Below are positions 16,938 through 25,594 of a stretch of 64,000 nt of DNA, piece by piece. Source of the stretch: Methanomassiliicoccaceae archaeon (GTDB taxonomy: Archaea; Thermoplasmatota; Thermoplasmata; Methanomassiliicoccales; Methanomethylophilaceae); contig PWNH01000132.1 in the NCBI GenBank assembly GCA_003557905.1, forward strand, positions 2,920 to 66,919. Direction: 5' to 3'. Every line of letters begins with the position of its first letter. Positions within the stretch are counted from its first letter, which is position 1. The notes under the pieces were generated by a model, which was not told where the DNA came from, did not search any database, and saw only the letters and a program-made list of their open reading frames with translations. A program made the translations under genes and the position numbers.

Positions 16938-17831
16938 ATGGAGGATTTCACACCCCAGAGACCAGGCTCGGAGGAGGATTGGAGCGAGAGCCTCTATTTC
17001 AACTTCCACGACCGTGAGAACGACATCACGGCGTTCATGCGCATCGGCCTGAAACCGAACCGCGGCCACAAGGAGGCGTTCCTTTTCATCATGACCGATG
17101 ACATGGTTTGCGGGATGCGCTCCGCCATCCCCATCGACGACAGCGGGATGTCCGTCAACGGCCTTTCCTTCCGCAAGGAGGGAGGCGGCTGGAGACTGTC
17201 TTACAACGGGCAGTTGGGAAGCATGACCGAGGACGGGCCCATACCGATCGAGGCCTCGCTGGACATCCTTTGGACGCCGCTCAATGAGGAGTTCGACTAC
17301 CGCCGTTGCGTTGATGAGAGGGCGGAGAGGATGGCCGCGGCGGTGGCCGCGGAGCACCGCGAACAGTACGGTGAGGCGGTGGGCGCGGTGAGTCTGGGGA
17401 CCAAGCGTCTCCGCCTCAGGGGACTGGGCGAACGGGACCACAGCTGGGGGGTCCGCGACTGGAACGCCCCCCTTGAGTGGATGTGGATCAACTGCCACCT
17501 CGACCGTCGGACCTCCCTCAACCTGACACGCCTTGTCGTCGACCAGGGGGAGGTCGTGGCGGGGTTCGTCCATCGTGATGGCGAGAGCCATCCCATCGTA
17601 AGGGCCAGGGTGGAGACCCGCTATTCATCGAAAGGAGGGCCGCAGTCCTTCGACCTGGACATCACCGATTCCGAGGGTAAGCGCCACATCATCGGCGGTA
17701 GCGTGGTCAGGGAGACGGTGCTGCCGTTCGAGAAGGATGGGGTGCGCAGTCTGCTCTATGAGACCCTGTCGGAATATGATTGGAAGGGCGGCAAGGGCTA
17801 CGGCATCGCCGAATACCTCATCCGTACCTGA
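16938..17831 (+). CDS. Hypothetical protein (297 aa), coupled to the phosphotransferase
   Basis: ATG lies 1 nt after the upstream TGA. Contains GERDHSWGVRDWNAP. Coding-like composition; no confident family call. Confidence 0.6.
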   Translation: MEDFTPQRPGSEEDWSESLYFNFHDRENDITAFMRIGLKPNRGHKEAFLFIMTDDMVCGMRSAIPIDDSGMSVNGLSFRKEGGGWRLSYNGQLGSMTEDGPIPIEASLDILWTPLNEEFDYRRCVDERAERMAAAVAAEHREQYGEAVGAVSLGTKRLRLRGLGERDHSWGVRDWNAPLEWMWINCHLDRRTSLNLTRLVVDQGEVVAGFVHRDGESHPIVRARVETRYSSKGGPQSFDLDITDSEGKRHIIGGSVVRETVLPFEKDGVRSLLYETLSEYDWKGGKGYGIAEYLIRT

Positions 17832-18480
17832 CCTCGAGCTCCTTGCGTGACTTGTATCCGAGGGCCGATATCTTACGGGAGGGCGACCCCTCCATCCTCA
17901 GGCAGGCATCCATCACCGCCGTCCGGCAAACGTCGCCGCGACGGGCTATGGACCGCATCGCCCAGGCCATGGACTTCCTCACCAGGGGACGTCCGTCCTC
18001 GGCATGTCTCTCCACCAGTTCGAGCAGGGAGATGAACGAGGGGTCCCTGTCCACGCCTTTCATCGACACCGCTGCCGCCGCGACGGTTGCGAACGCCGCC
18101 CTCCGCACGAAGAGCCTTTCATCATCGGCCCAACGTGCCGCCCATTCCAAGGAACTGGGATGATGTCGGATGAGATTCATGCACAACTGGTCGCAGGTCT
18201 CCCAGTCGTTCACATCCTCCAGCCACCGCATCACGAGGCCCTCGTCGACTGTGGATTTGGGAACGATCAGGGTTGCCAGGATCCTCGCCTCCCTGGATCC
18301 GCTTGCCCATAGCTCGGTGGCAAGGTTGGCATCCTGACCCATCCTGCGGCCCAATGCCCGCAGCTGGGGCATGCTGACCCCCATCGCGTTTGCGGTATCG
18401 ATCCCGAAACGGGACATCCCCTGCAACGCCGACGGGTCCGCCAGCCCCCTCAGGGCCTCTAGTACTGCTGTCTTGTCCAT
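17818..18480 (-). CDS. DNA alkylation repair protein (AlkD-like HEAT-repeat family)
   Basis: MSRFGIDTANAMGVSMPQLRALGRRMG...ELWASGSREARILATLI pattern. ATG at 18478-18480 preferred; upstream ATG at 18519 is possible. Confidence 0.7.
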   Translation of the reverse strand: MDKTAVLEALRGLADPSALQGMSRFGIDTANAMGVSMPQLRALGRRMGQDANLATELWASGSREARILATLIVPKSTVDEGLVMRWLEDVNDWETCDQLCMNLIRHHPSSLEWAARWADDERLFVRRAAFATVAAAAVSMKGVDRDPSFISLLELVERHAEDGRPLVRKSMAWAMRSIARRGDVCRTAVMDACLRMEGSPSRKISALGYKSRKELEVRYG

Positions 18481-18524
18481 GTCAGGCCTGATATGCTTAT
18501 ATGGGATTCGGGCATGCATAAAGC

Positions 18525-19181
18525 ATGCGCATACCGACGGGGCTCCGCGACAGGCTCATGGAGGCGAACGGCCGCCTCTACACCTTGTCGGTGGACCCCG
18601 GCCATAGAGTATACGGTGAAAAGCTGATCATGAGGGGAGGCGGGGAATGGAGGGAATGGTCGGTGACCCGCAGCAACCCCGCCGCCTATCTAGCCGTCGG
18701 TGGATCGGCGTTCCCGATCAAACGCGACAGCCGACTCTTGTACCTGGGCGCAGCCAGCGGTACCACTGCGAGCCATTTCTCGGACATAGTCGATCAAGGC
18801 ACCGTGCACTGTCTGGAGTTCTCCGCCCGTTCCTTCCGCGACCTGGTGAGGATATGTGGCAGGAGGGGGAACATGATACCCCTTATGGGGGATGCCACAC
18901 GGCCGGAGAGCTTCGCCTTCGCCGTGGGGGATGTCGATATCGTATACCAGGACGTGGCCCAGAAGGGGCAGGCGACCATATTGGCGGACAACATGGATGC
19001 CTTCAACGCCGGCCGGGGGATGTTGGCCGTGAAGGCGAGGTCCGAGGATGTGACAGCCTCACCGCATGATGTCTTCGTTGAGGCCCATCGGACCCTGGTG
19101 TCACGGGGTTTGAGGGTGGTGGAGTGCAGAACCCTCGACCCGCACGAGAAGGACCATGCCATGATAGTGGTGGAAAGATGA
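18525..19181 (+). CDS. flpA: Fibrillarin (rRNA/tRNA 2'-O-methyltransferase)
   Basis: 218 aa. VYGEKLI, EWREWSVTRSNPAA, LLYLGAASGTTASHFSDIV SAM motif, IVYQDVAQ. Confidence 0.9.
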   Translation: MRIPTGLRDRLMEANGRLYTLSVDPGHRVYGEKLIMRGGGEWREWSVTRSNPAAYLAVGGSAFPIKRDSRLLYLGAASGTTASHFSDIVDQGTVHCLEFSARSFRDLVRICGRRGNMIPLMGDATRPESFAFAVGDVDIVYQDVAQKGQATILADNMDAFNAGRGMLAVKARSEDVTASPHDVFVEAHRTLVSRGLRVVECRTLDPHEKDHAMIVVER

Positions 19182-19531
19182 GCACCGTTTACTGTGTCGG
19201 CATAAAGGATGGGGAGTTCCTCATGATATTCAATCCCCGTCGCGGCGGCTGGGAGATGCCGGGCGGTCGCATAGAGGATGGCGAGAGCATCAGCCAGGCC
19301 GCGGTCCGTGAGTTCAGCGAAGAGAGCGGCCTTGAGCTGGATGTGGTCGCCTGCCGGCCCATTCACGACAGCAACGTCTGTCTGGGGCATGTTGGCAGGG
19401 AGATCGCCGAGGGCGAGATGGAATATCGGTTCTTCAGCTCATTGCCTTCGCCGTTGGCTTTTCCACGCGAGGAGTACCTCGAGGTGCTGGAATGGGCGTA
19501 TTCCCTGATGGGTCTCGAACAACCTTTATAA
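19178..19531 (+). CDS. NUDIX hydrolase
   Basis: 117 aa. Nudix box GGRIEDGESISQAAVREFSEESGL. The ATG overlaps the fibrillarin TGA (ATGA). Confidence 0.8.
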   Translation: MSTVYCVGIKDGEFLMIFNPRRGGWEMPGGRIEDGESISQAAVREFSEESGLELDVVACRPIHDSNVCLGHVGREIAEGEMEYRFFSSLPSPLAFPREEYLEVLEWAYSLMGLEQPL

Positions 19532-19557
19532 GCGTCAATAAAAATCACCCGGTGAGA

Positions 19558-20112
19558 ATGAAAGAGATGGCAGCAATACGTGTCGAGAACATGGTATCCT
19601 CAACCGCCTTGGCCAAGAAATTGGACCTCCAATCCATAGCCTTGACCCTTGAGAACGCGGATTACGATCCGGAAAGATTCCCCGGACTCATCTATCGCAT
19701 CAAGGACCCCAAGACTGCCATACTGCTGTTCCGCAGCGGCAAGGCTGTGTGCACGGGCGCCAAGAACCTTGATCAGGTCAAGGAGGCCATAGCCAAGGTC
19801 TCAGCGACACTTCGGGAGAAGGATATCGAAGTGTTCGAGGACCCGGTGATAGAGGTGCAGAATATGGTCGCCTCCGCCGATCTCGGGCGTGAGATCAACC
19901 TCAACGCCATGGCCATAACCCTGGGGCTGGAGAGGGTGGAGTACGAACCGGAGCAGTTCCCAGGCCTCGTATACCGCATGTCCTCACCCAAGGTCGTACT
20001 GCTGGTCTTCAGCTCCGGAAAGCTCGTCTGCACCGGGGCCAAGACCCTCGATGATGTCGAGCGGGCGGTGGAGATGATCGGTGACGACCTCAGGAAGGCA
20101 GGGATAATCTGA
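19558..20112 (+). CDS. tbp: TATA-box binding protein
   Basis: 184 aa. Two direct repeats (IENMVSS...FPGLIYRIKDPKTAILLFRSGKAVCTGAK and VQNMVASADL...FPGLVYRMSSPKVVLLVFSSGKLVCTGAK). Confidence 0.9.
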   Translation: MKEMAAIRVENMVSSTALAKKLDLQSIALTLENADYDPERFPGLIYRIKDPKTAILLFRSGKAVCTGAKNLDQVKEAIAKVSATLREKDIEVFEDPVIEVQNMVASADLGREINLNAMAITLGLERVEYEPEQFPGLVYRMSSPKVVLLVFSSGKLVCTGAKTLDDVERAVEMIGDDLRKAGII

Positions 20113-20113
20113 A

Positions 20114-20230
20114 TCAGATGTCGTCCAGGCCCTCGTTCCAATTCTTTATGCCATATACAACGCAGAAAGCGGCCACCAGCAATGAGAGCAGATAAGCGGC
20201 CGATATGTACGGGTCCTCTATCCCAAGCAT
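20114..20230 (-). CDS. Possible 38-aa single-pass membrane miniprotein (below the ORF-track cutoff)
   Basis: Translated by hand as MLGIEDPYISAAYLLSLLVAAFCVVYGIKNWNEGLDDI. GGAGAG lies 7 nt upstream of the ATG. Resembles, from memory, the small accessory proteins found beside sodium:solute symporters. Confidence 0.3.
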   Translation of the reverse strand: MLGIEDPYISAAYLLSLLVAAFCVVYGIKNWNEGLDDI

Positions 20231-20374
20231 GTCATTCTCTCCTGTTCCCCAATGACGCTGTCAGCGCCGTTCCCTGATGTGAAATTCTGATTATTTAACT
20301 GTGACCGGGGAGGTGACCGAAACATCCAGGGCGAATCCATTTCATATGTGCTGGTGCATGACGGTACGTTAGGA

Positions 20375-20743
20375 ATGGAATGTCCCTTCTGCTCCCCCGC
20401 CGGGGATGAGGTCGTCATAAGCAACGATGCGGCATATGTGCGCTATGACCGTTACCCTGTGAGCCAGGGTCACATGCTGGTCATACCTCGCAGGCACATA
20501 TCCAGCTATCTCGATTGCAACGAACAGGAAAGGATAGCCCTGTGGAATCTCGTGGACGAGGCCCGGAAGCTGCTCGATCGCGAGGTTGCCCCCGACGGAT
20601 ACAACATCGGCATAAACATAGGCGAGGCGGGCGGACAGACCGTAATGCATATGCATATCCATCTGATACCGAGGTTCCATGGCGACATGGAGGACCCCCG
20701 TGGCGGGGTCCGAGGCGTCATACCGGACAAGATGAGGTATTGA
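20375..20743 (+). CDS. HIT-family nucleotide hydrolase/transferase
   Basis: 122 aa from ATG at 20375. CPFC zinc-binding start and histidine triad HMHIHLIP. Confidence 0.85.
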   Translation: MECPFCSPAGDEVVISNDAAYVRYDRYPVSQGHMLVIPRRHISSYLDCNEQERIALWNLVDEARKLLDREVAPDGYNIGINIGEAGGQTVMHMHIHLIPRFHGDMEDPRGGVRGVIPDKMRY

Positions 20744-20833
20744 GCTCCCCCCTTCGGGAGGGTGAAGGGCTTATATACTATGAGTTGGATTGGCAAAAGC
20801 CTCGCCGCCAGACGATTCAATTGGAGGATCAAA

Positions 20834-21289
20834 ATGGCAAGAATGCACGCTAGAAAAAAAGGAAAATCATCCTCACGCAGACCCCTCATCACTGAGAACC
20901 CGGAGTGGGTACCTGTTGCCGCCGCTGACATAATCGACATGGTCACCAAGATGGCCAAGGACGGAATGTCATCCGCGAAGATAGGTCTGATCCTTAGGGA
21001 CCAGCACGCCGTCCCCGATGTGAAGTTGGCTACGGGCAAGTCTATTACCGAGATCATGGCGGAGAACGGTGTAACAACCGGCATCCCCGAGGACATGGCC
21101 AACCTCATGAGGAAGGCCGTCAACCTGAGCGTACACCTCAAGGACCACCGCATGGACGTTGGCAACAAGAGGGGACTGCAGCTGGTTGAGTCCAGGATAC
21201 GCCGCCTTGAGAAATACTACAAGAGGAACGGCGTTCTGTCGCCTGACTGGAAGTACTCCATCAAGACCGCCGAGCTGATGCTCAAGTAA
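20834..21289 (+). CDS. rps15: 30S ribosomal protein S15 (S13e)
   Basis: 151 aa. MARMHARKKGKSSS N-terminus. GGAGGAT Shine-Dalgarno 5 nt upstream. LQLVESRIRRLEKYY. Confidence 0.9.
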   Translation: MARMHARKKGKSSSRRPLITENPEWVPVAAADIIDMVTKMAKDGMSSAKIGLILRDQHAVPDVKLATGKSITEIMAENGVTTGIPEDMANLMRKAVNLSVHLKDHRMDVGNKRGLQLVESRIRRLEKYYKRNGVLSPDWKYSIKTAELMLK

Positions 21290-21297
21290 GGTGGCCC

Positions 21298-22650
21298 ATG
21301 GACGTTGACGTCCAGCTTCCCTCGAAACTACTTTCCAGTTTCTCTATTTGTGCTGATGTCCTGAAAAGGCATTGCCACGTCCAGATAATATCCCACTACG
21401 ATGCTGATGGCATAGCCGCCGCCGGTATCATCGCCAACGCCCTGCTGCGTCAGGGAAAGAGCGTCCATGTGAGGCTTCACAAGGCCCTGAACCAGAAGGG
21501 CGCGGAGGCGATAGCGTCATCCGGAGAGGCCTGCACCATCATCACCGATATGGGAGCCTCGTACCTGGGCACCCTCTTCTCCTCTGAGAACGACGTGATC
21601 GTCCTGGACCATCACCAGAACGAAGAGTTGCATGAGGACCGCCCCTACGTCAATCCTCACAACCACGGCATCGACGGTATGACCTCGGCATGCGCCTCCT
21701 CGCTGGCGATGATGCTGGCTGTGGAGATGGATGAGAAGAATTGGGACCTGGTGCAGCTGGCTTTCGCCGGCATTGCCGGAGACCGCCAACATGTCAACGG
21801 CGTCACGGGTGTGAACGCCCATCTGCTGAAGGAGGGTATCGCCCGGTCACACCTCCGGCTGCAGGAGGGTTCGTTGATACCCCCGGGTGAGCTGAGGTCG
21901 GCATTGTACCACAGCACCGACCCTTACATCGTGGGAGTCAGCTCCGACCCTGAAGGCATGGACGCCCTTCTCAAACAGGCCGGCGTGCCTCCGGGGACCA
22001 AGGACAGCGACCTCGACCCCCAATCGAGGCGGAGACTCTCCTCCCTGATCGCCTTGCGACTGATGTCCCAGGGTGTTAGCCTTGCGACTCTGCGTGAGGT
22101 GTCACGTACCCGTTACTCATTACCGTCCTGGGGCGTGGACGCGGAAGAGCTCGCCTCCCTGCTGAACGCCTGCGGGCGTAAGGACCAGGAAGGATTGGGC
22201 ATCGCCGTGGCACTGGGGGATGGTGATGCCCGCAAGGAGGCGGATGCCATGCGCATCGAATACATGGACGAGGTCGTGAGGTCCGTCAAGGACCTTGAGG
22301 TCCAAGGGCTGCAGGAGATGGATGGGATCCAATACTTCCACAGCCCGTCATCAGGATACACAGGGATAGTCTGCGGTGTGGCGATGCAGTACCTCGGCGA
22401 CAGCAGGCTGCCCTGCTTCGGACTCAGCCGCAAGGAGACCAGCGTCCGGATATCCGGACGCGGCACCAATGAGCAGCTGGCGGAGGGCATAGACCTCGCC
22501 GTTGCATTGAGGGATGCCAGCGCTTCAGTGGGCGGAAGCGGCGGCGGTCACCGCATCGCCAGCGGGGCGGCGGTGCCGTTGGAGAGGGAGGAGGAGTTCC
22601 TGAATAACCTGAATGGGATCATCCTAGCCCAGCGCTCCGGCGCCAAGTGA
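21298..22650 (+). CDS. RecJ-like DHH/DHHA1 phosphoesterase (archaeal RecJ/GAN/Cdc45-like)
   Basis: 450 aa. HYDADGIAAAGI, TDMG, VLDHHQ and GGGHRIASGA motifs. Sits in the conserved position after rps15. Confidence 0.8.
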   Translation: MDVDVQLPSKLLSSFSICADVLKRHCHVQIISHYDADGIAAAGIIANALLRQGKSVHVRLHKALNQKGAEAIASSGEACTIITDMGASYLGTLFSSENDVIVLDHHQNEELHEDRPYVNPHNHGIDGMTSACASSLAMMLAVEMDEKNWDLVQLAFAGIAGDRQHVNGVTGVNAHLLKEGIARSHLRLQEGSLIPPGELRSALYHSTDPYIVGVSSDPEGMDALLKQAGVPPGTKDSDLDPQSRRRLSSLIALRLMSQGVSLATLREVSRTRYSLPSWGVDAEELASLLNACGRKDQEGLGIAVALGDGDARKEADAMRIEYMDEVVRSVKDLEVQGLQEMDGIQYFHSPSSGYTGIVCGVAMQYLGDSRLPCFGLSRKETSVRISGRGTNEQLAEGIDLAVALRDASASVGGSGGGHRIASGAAVPLEREEEFLNNLNGIILAQRSGAK

Positions 22651-23620
22651 CCTCCACCTCATCGGTCCGGAAGCGTTGGTCGATCCGGCTGTCTCCGATG
22701 TCCGAGCGTATACCGGCATCGTGCATCACCTTCCCGGTCCATGCTATCATGGCGCCGTTGTCGATGCACAGCTTCGGTACGGGAACGAACATCTCCGCCC
22801 CCCTCTCTTCGGCCATCATTTGTGCCATCGTCCGTAATCTCTTGTTCTGGACGACTCCTCCGCCCAATAGCAGTTGGTCCTTCCCGATGTGCGCCATCGC
22901 CCTCTCCGTGACCTCGGTGAGCATGGCGAAACAGGTCTCCTGCACCGAGTGGCATATGTCCGGCAAAGAAACGCCTTTACGACGCAGGGCCACGGCGGCG
23001 GTCATTATCCCTGAGAACGACATGTCCATCCCTTTGACCGAATAGGGCAGTTCGTGATAACGGTCCGCCTCCAAGGCCAGCTTCTCAATGGCCGGACCGG
23101 CGTAATAACCGAGTCCCAGTTCACGGCCGAGTTTGTCGAACATGTTGCCGATTCCGATGTCCAATGTCTCACCGAAGATGCGGTAGCGGCCTTCGGCCAA
23201 GGCTATGACCTGGGTGTTGCCGCCGGAGGCATAGAGAAGAACGGGGTCGTCGCAGCCGGTGCTGGCTATGCCTATCTCCAGATGGGCTATGCAGTGGTTA
23301 ACACCCAACAAAGGAACGTTCAGGGAGAGCGATAACGAACGGGCGGCAGTGGCCACCGTGCGCAGGCAAGGCCCGAGACCCGGGCCGCGGGAGAACGCCA
23401 CCAGGTCGATGTCGTGGATCGATACCCCTGCGGCATCCAGTGCCTTGCGGATCACTGGTGTTACCCTTTCCGCATGGTGGTTGGCGGCCTCGCGGGGATG
23501 TATGCCTCCCTCGGGGGGGCGGTACATCTCCAACTCGTTAGCCAGGACGTTGGCGTCCTCATCCACTATCCCCACGCCCACCGTGTGGGCTGTGCCTTCG
23601 ATACCCAGGGTCAGCATCAT
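22619..23620 (-). CDS. kae1: tRNA N6-adenosine threonylcarbamoyltransferase Kae1
   Basis: 333 aa. LGIEGTAHTVGVGIV, VNHCIAHLE, LYASGGNTQV and GGGVVQNKRL motifs. No fused Bud32 kinase domain. Confidence 0.9.
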   Translation of the reverse strand: MMLTLGIEGTAHTVGVGIVDEDANVLANELEMYRPPEGGIHPREAANHHAERVTPVIRKALDAAGVSIHDIDLVAFSRGPGLGPCLRTVATAARSLSLSLNVPLLGVNHCIAHLEIGIASTGCDDPVLLYASGGNTQVIALAEGRYRIFGETLDIGIGNMFDKLGRELGLGYYAGPAIEKLALEADRYHELPYSVKGMDMSFSGIMTAAVALRRKGVSLPDICHSVQETCFAMLTEVTERAMAHIGKDQLLLGGGVVQNKRLRTMAQMMAEERGAEMFVPVPKLCIDNGAMIAWTGKVMHDAGIRSDIGDSRIDQRFRTDEVEVTWRRSAGLG

Positions 23621-23856
23621 TCGTTACCGGCGAGCTTCTTCAAACGGTCGATTATCTTTATGGCCCCCGTTACGACCTCATCATCGACCACCAGGACCGG
23701 GAATTCCAACTCCAGTATCTCGTAGTAGGCGGCCTCGGCCATCCCGTCGACGGTCTCGGCATCCATGAACTGCATGTCGATGCCGGCGGGTATGCGCTCC
23801 TTGACGTGGTCGCACTTCTGACAATCAGGCTTGGTGAAAAGGATTATCTCTGTCAT
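23617..23856 (-). CDS. Glutaredoxin-like small thioredoxin-fold protein
   Basis: 79 aa. ILFTKPDCQKCDHVK CxxC site. Its stop overlaps the kae1 start (ATGA). Confidence 0.7.
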   Translation of the reverse strand: MTEIILFTKPDCQKCDHVKERIPAGIDMQFMDAETVDGMAEAAYYEILELEFPVLVVDDEVVTGAIKIIDRLKKLAGNE

Positions 23857-23987
23857 GACGTTCCTGAAGATTGCATATCCTGATTAATAGATTGTCCCGC
23901 CTACCCGAAAGATGTATGTTTAGGGCCGATGGGATTCGTCCGGGTATGCCCTTGGGACATGCCAGTCACACAAGGGACTGTGCAAAG

Positions 23988-23995
23988 TTATAATA
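23988..23995 (+). promoter_or_regulatory. TATA-like box (TTATAATA) upstream of tRNA-Val
   Basis: AT-rich octamer about 27-34 nt upstream of the mature tRNA 5' end at 24022. Confidence 0.4.
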
Positions 23996-24021
23996 ACAAA
24001 AACGGGTATCCACGTTGCCGA

Positions 24022-24097
24022 GGGCTCGTGGTCTAGGGGTTATGACGTCGCCTTGACATGGCGGAGGTCGCCGGTTCAAATCCGGCCGAGCCCACCA
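24022..24097 (+). tRNA. tRNA-Val (anticodon GAC), CCA encoded
   Basis: GGGCTCG...CGAGCCC acceptor stem, anticodon stem TCGCC/GGCGG with loop TTGACAT, T-arm GCCGG-TTCAAAT-CCGGC; 76 nt, folded by hand. Confidence 0.9.
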
Positions 24098-24142
24098 TCA
24101 ACCTACTTTCATCTCTTCTATCATGGACCGTTTCTGACGCAA

Positions 24143-24180
24143 TTGATTATCATGAATCAAGCGCATCCGCTTGATTATCA
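24143..24180. repeat. Operator-like repeat: TTGATTATCA twice, 28 nt apart; the first copy is part of the inverted repeat TTGATT-ATCATG-AATCAA
   Basis: Read directly at 24143-24152 and 24171-24180. Ends 22 nt upstream of the MFS start codon. Confidence 0.4.
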
Positions 24181-24201
24181 GGGCCGAAGGGGGTTGTTTT
24201 C

Positions 24202-25482
24202 ATGGATGTCCAAAAGGAAGCAGTGAACAGGGTTCTGCGCCACCGTTGGGCAATATTCGCCATACTGGCCTTGGCGTATTTCCTGGTATATTTCCATCGT
24301 ACTTCCACTTCGGTCGTGGGTTCCGATATCGGGGCCACCTTCGGAGTGGGGGCGACATCGATAGCCCTCCTGGGCTCATCCTATTTCTTCGTATACACCG
24401 TGATGCAGCTACCGAGCGGCATACTGGCGGACCGATGGGGTCCGCGCAACACCGTCTCCCTCTTCCTGGTGATCGCCACGATCGGTTCCTTGATCACCGC
24501 CCTCGCACCATCCTTCGAGGCCGTCCTGGCGGGGAGGGTCCTGACCAGCGTGGGGGTGGCTATGGTCTACATACCCACGATGCGCATATTGGCCATGTGG
24601 TTCAGATCCGATGAGTTCGCCTCTCTGAGCGGGGTGCTACTCGCGGTCGGGAACGCTGGCGCCATTGTCGCGGCGACACCGCTGGCGGTGATGACCGCTT
24701 CATATGGATGGCAGAACGTTTACCTGATGCTGGCATTGCTCACCGCCACCCTCCCGGTGCTGTGCTACGTGATCGTCGTCGACCGTCCCTCCCGCAAGGG
24801 GCTCCCCGACATACAGACCATCGAACGGATGGAGACCGGCCTCACCGACCCTGCCCCGGTGATGGAGACGTTCACCGTCATGGAAGGCGTTAAGACGGCG
24901 TTCCTGGGAGGGAGGAGGTTCTGGCCCCTGGCCATTTGGTTCTTCATCATCTACGGCACGGTGATGATGTACCAGGGTCTGCAGATGGGACCCTACTACC
25001 GCAACATCTACGGGATGGAGGACTACAGCCTCATGATAACCATGGTCGGAGTGGGTATCATCGCTGGCTCACCGGTTTCGGGCCTCCTTTCCGATAAGAT
25101 ATTGAGGTCCAGACGCAAAGTGCTCATCATAGGGACGCTGTTCTACACCACTGTATGGTTCATCCTTTGGGCGACCGCGGGACAGTTCGACAGCATCGTC
25201 ATACAGGCCCTGATAAACTTCACGTTCGGATTCTTCGGAGGATGGTTCATCGTGGCCTTCGCGCAGATCAAGGAGATGTTCCCCTTGGCAATCGTGGGTA
25301 CGGTGACAGCCTCCCTGAACATATTCCCGTTCGCCGGTGGTGCCCTGTTCCAGGTGGCATCCGGTCTCGTCGTCACCTCGGGTACCGAGCTCTCGGAGTT
25401 CAAGACCCTGTGGTTCTTCGCATTCCTGTGCATGCTGGTGGCCTGCGTTGCCGCGTATCTGACGGTGGAGAGGGAACGTTAG
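24202..25482 (+). CDS. MFS transporter
   Basis: 426 aa, about 12 hydrophobic segments. MQLPSGILADRWGPRN loop motif typical of the major facilitator superfamily. Confidence 0.8.
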   Translation: MDVQKEAVNRVLRHRWAIFAILALAYFLVYFHRTSTSVVGSDIGATFGVGATSIALLGSSYFFVYTVMQLPSGILADRWGPRNTVSLFLVIATIGSLITALAPSFEAVLAGRVLTSVGVAMVYIPTMRILAMWFRSDEFASLSGVLLAVGNAGAIVAATPLAVMTASYGWQNVYLMLALLTATLPVLCYVIVVDRPSRKGLPDIQTIERMETGLTDPAPVMETFTVMEGVKTAFLGGRRFWPLAIWFFIIYGTVMMYQGLQMGPYYRNIYGMEDYSLMITMVGVGIIAGSPVSGLLSDKILRSRRKVLIIGTLFYTTVWFILWATAGQFDSIVIQALINFTFGFFGGWFIVAFAQIKEMFPLAIVGTVTASLNIFPFAGGALFQVASGLVVTSGTELSEFKTLWFFAFLCMLVACVAAYLTVERER

Positions 25483-25528
25483 CCCACTGACCCACGATGA
25501 GCCTGGCCGATGTGAAAAATGGTCGGAT

Positions 25529-25546
25529 GGACAGTATTAAATGTCC
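25529..25546. promoter_or_regulatory. Inverted repeat GGACA-GTATTAAA-TGTCC enclosing a TATA-like element upstream of catalase
   Basis: Read directly. Lies about 50-65 nt upstream of the catalase ATG, which has a GGAGGGG Shine-Dalgarno. Confidence 0.35.
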
Positions 25547-25594
25547 TGAGAATCAAGCATATACCATTGTGAAGGAGGGGTAATCACGAAAAAA

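Noticed and set aside
18512-18528. GCATGC-ATAAA-GCATGC repeat at the fibrillarin start codon.
   Set aside because: Each unit is a self-complementary hexamer and the second contains the ATG itself. With only two 6-mers, chance plus start-context explains it better than a regulatory site.
22619-23620. Possible Kae1-Bud32 fusion or an adjacent bud32 gene.
   Set aside because: The ORF is 333 aa, which is Kae1 only. The flanking genes are a RecJ-like protein and a glutaredoxin-like protein, and there are no kinase motifs.
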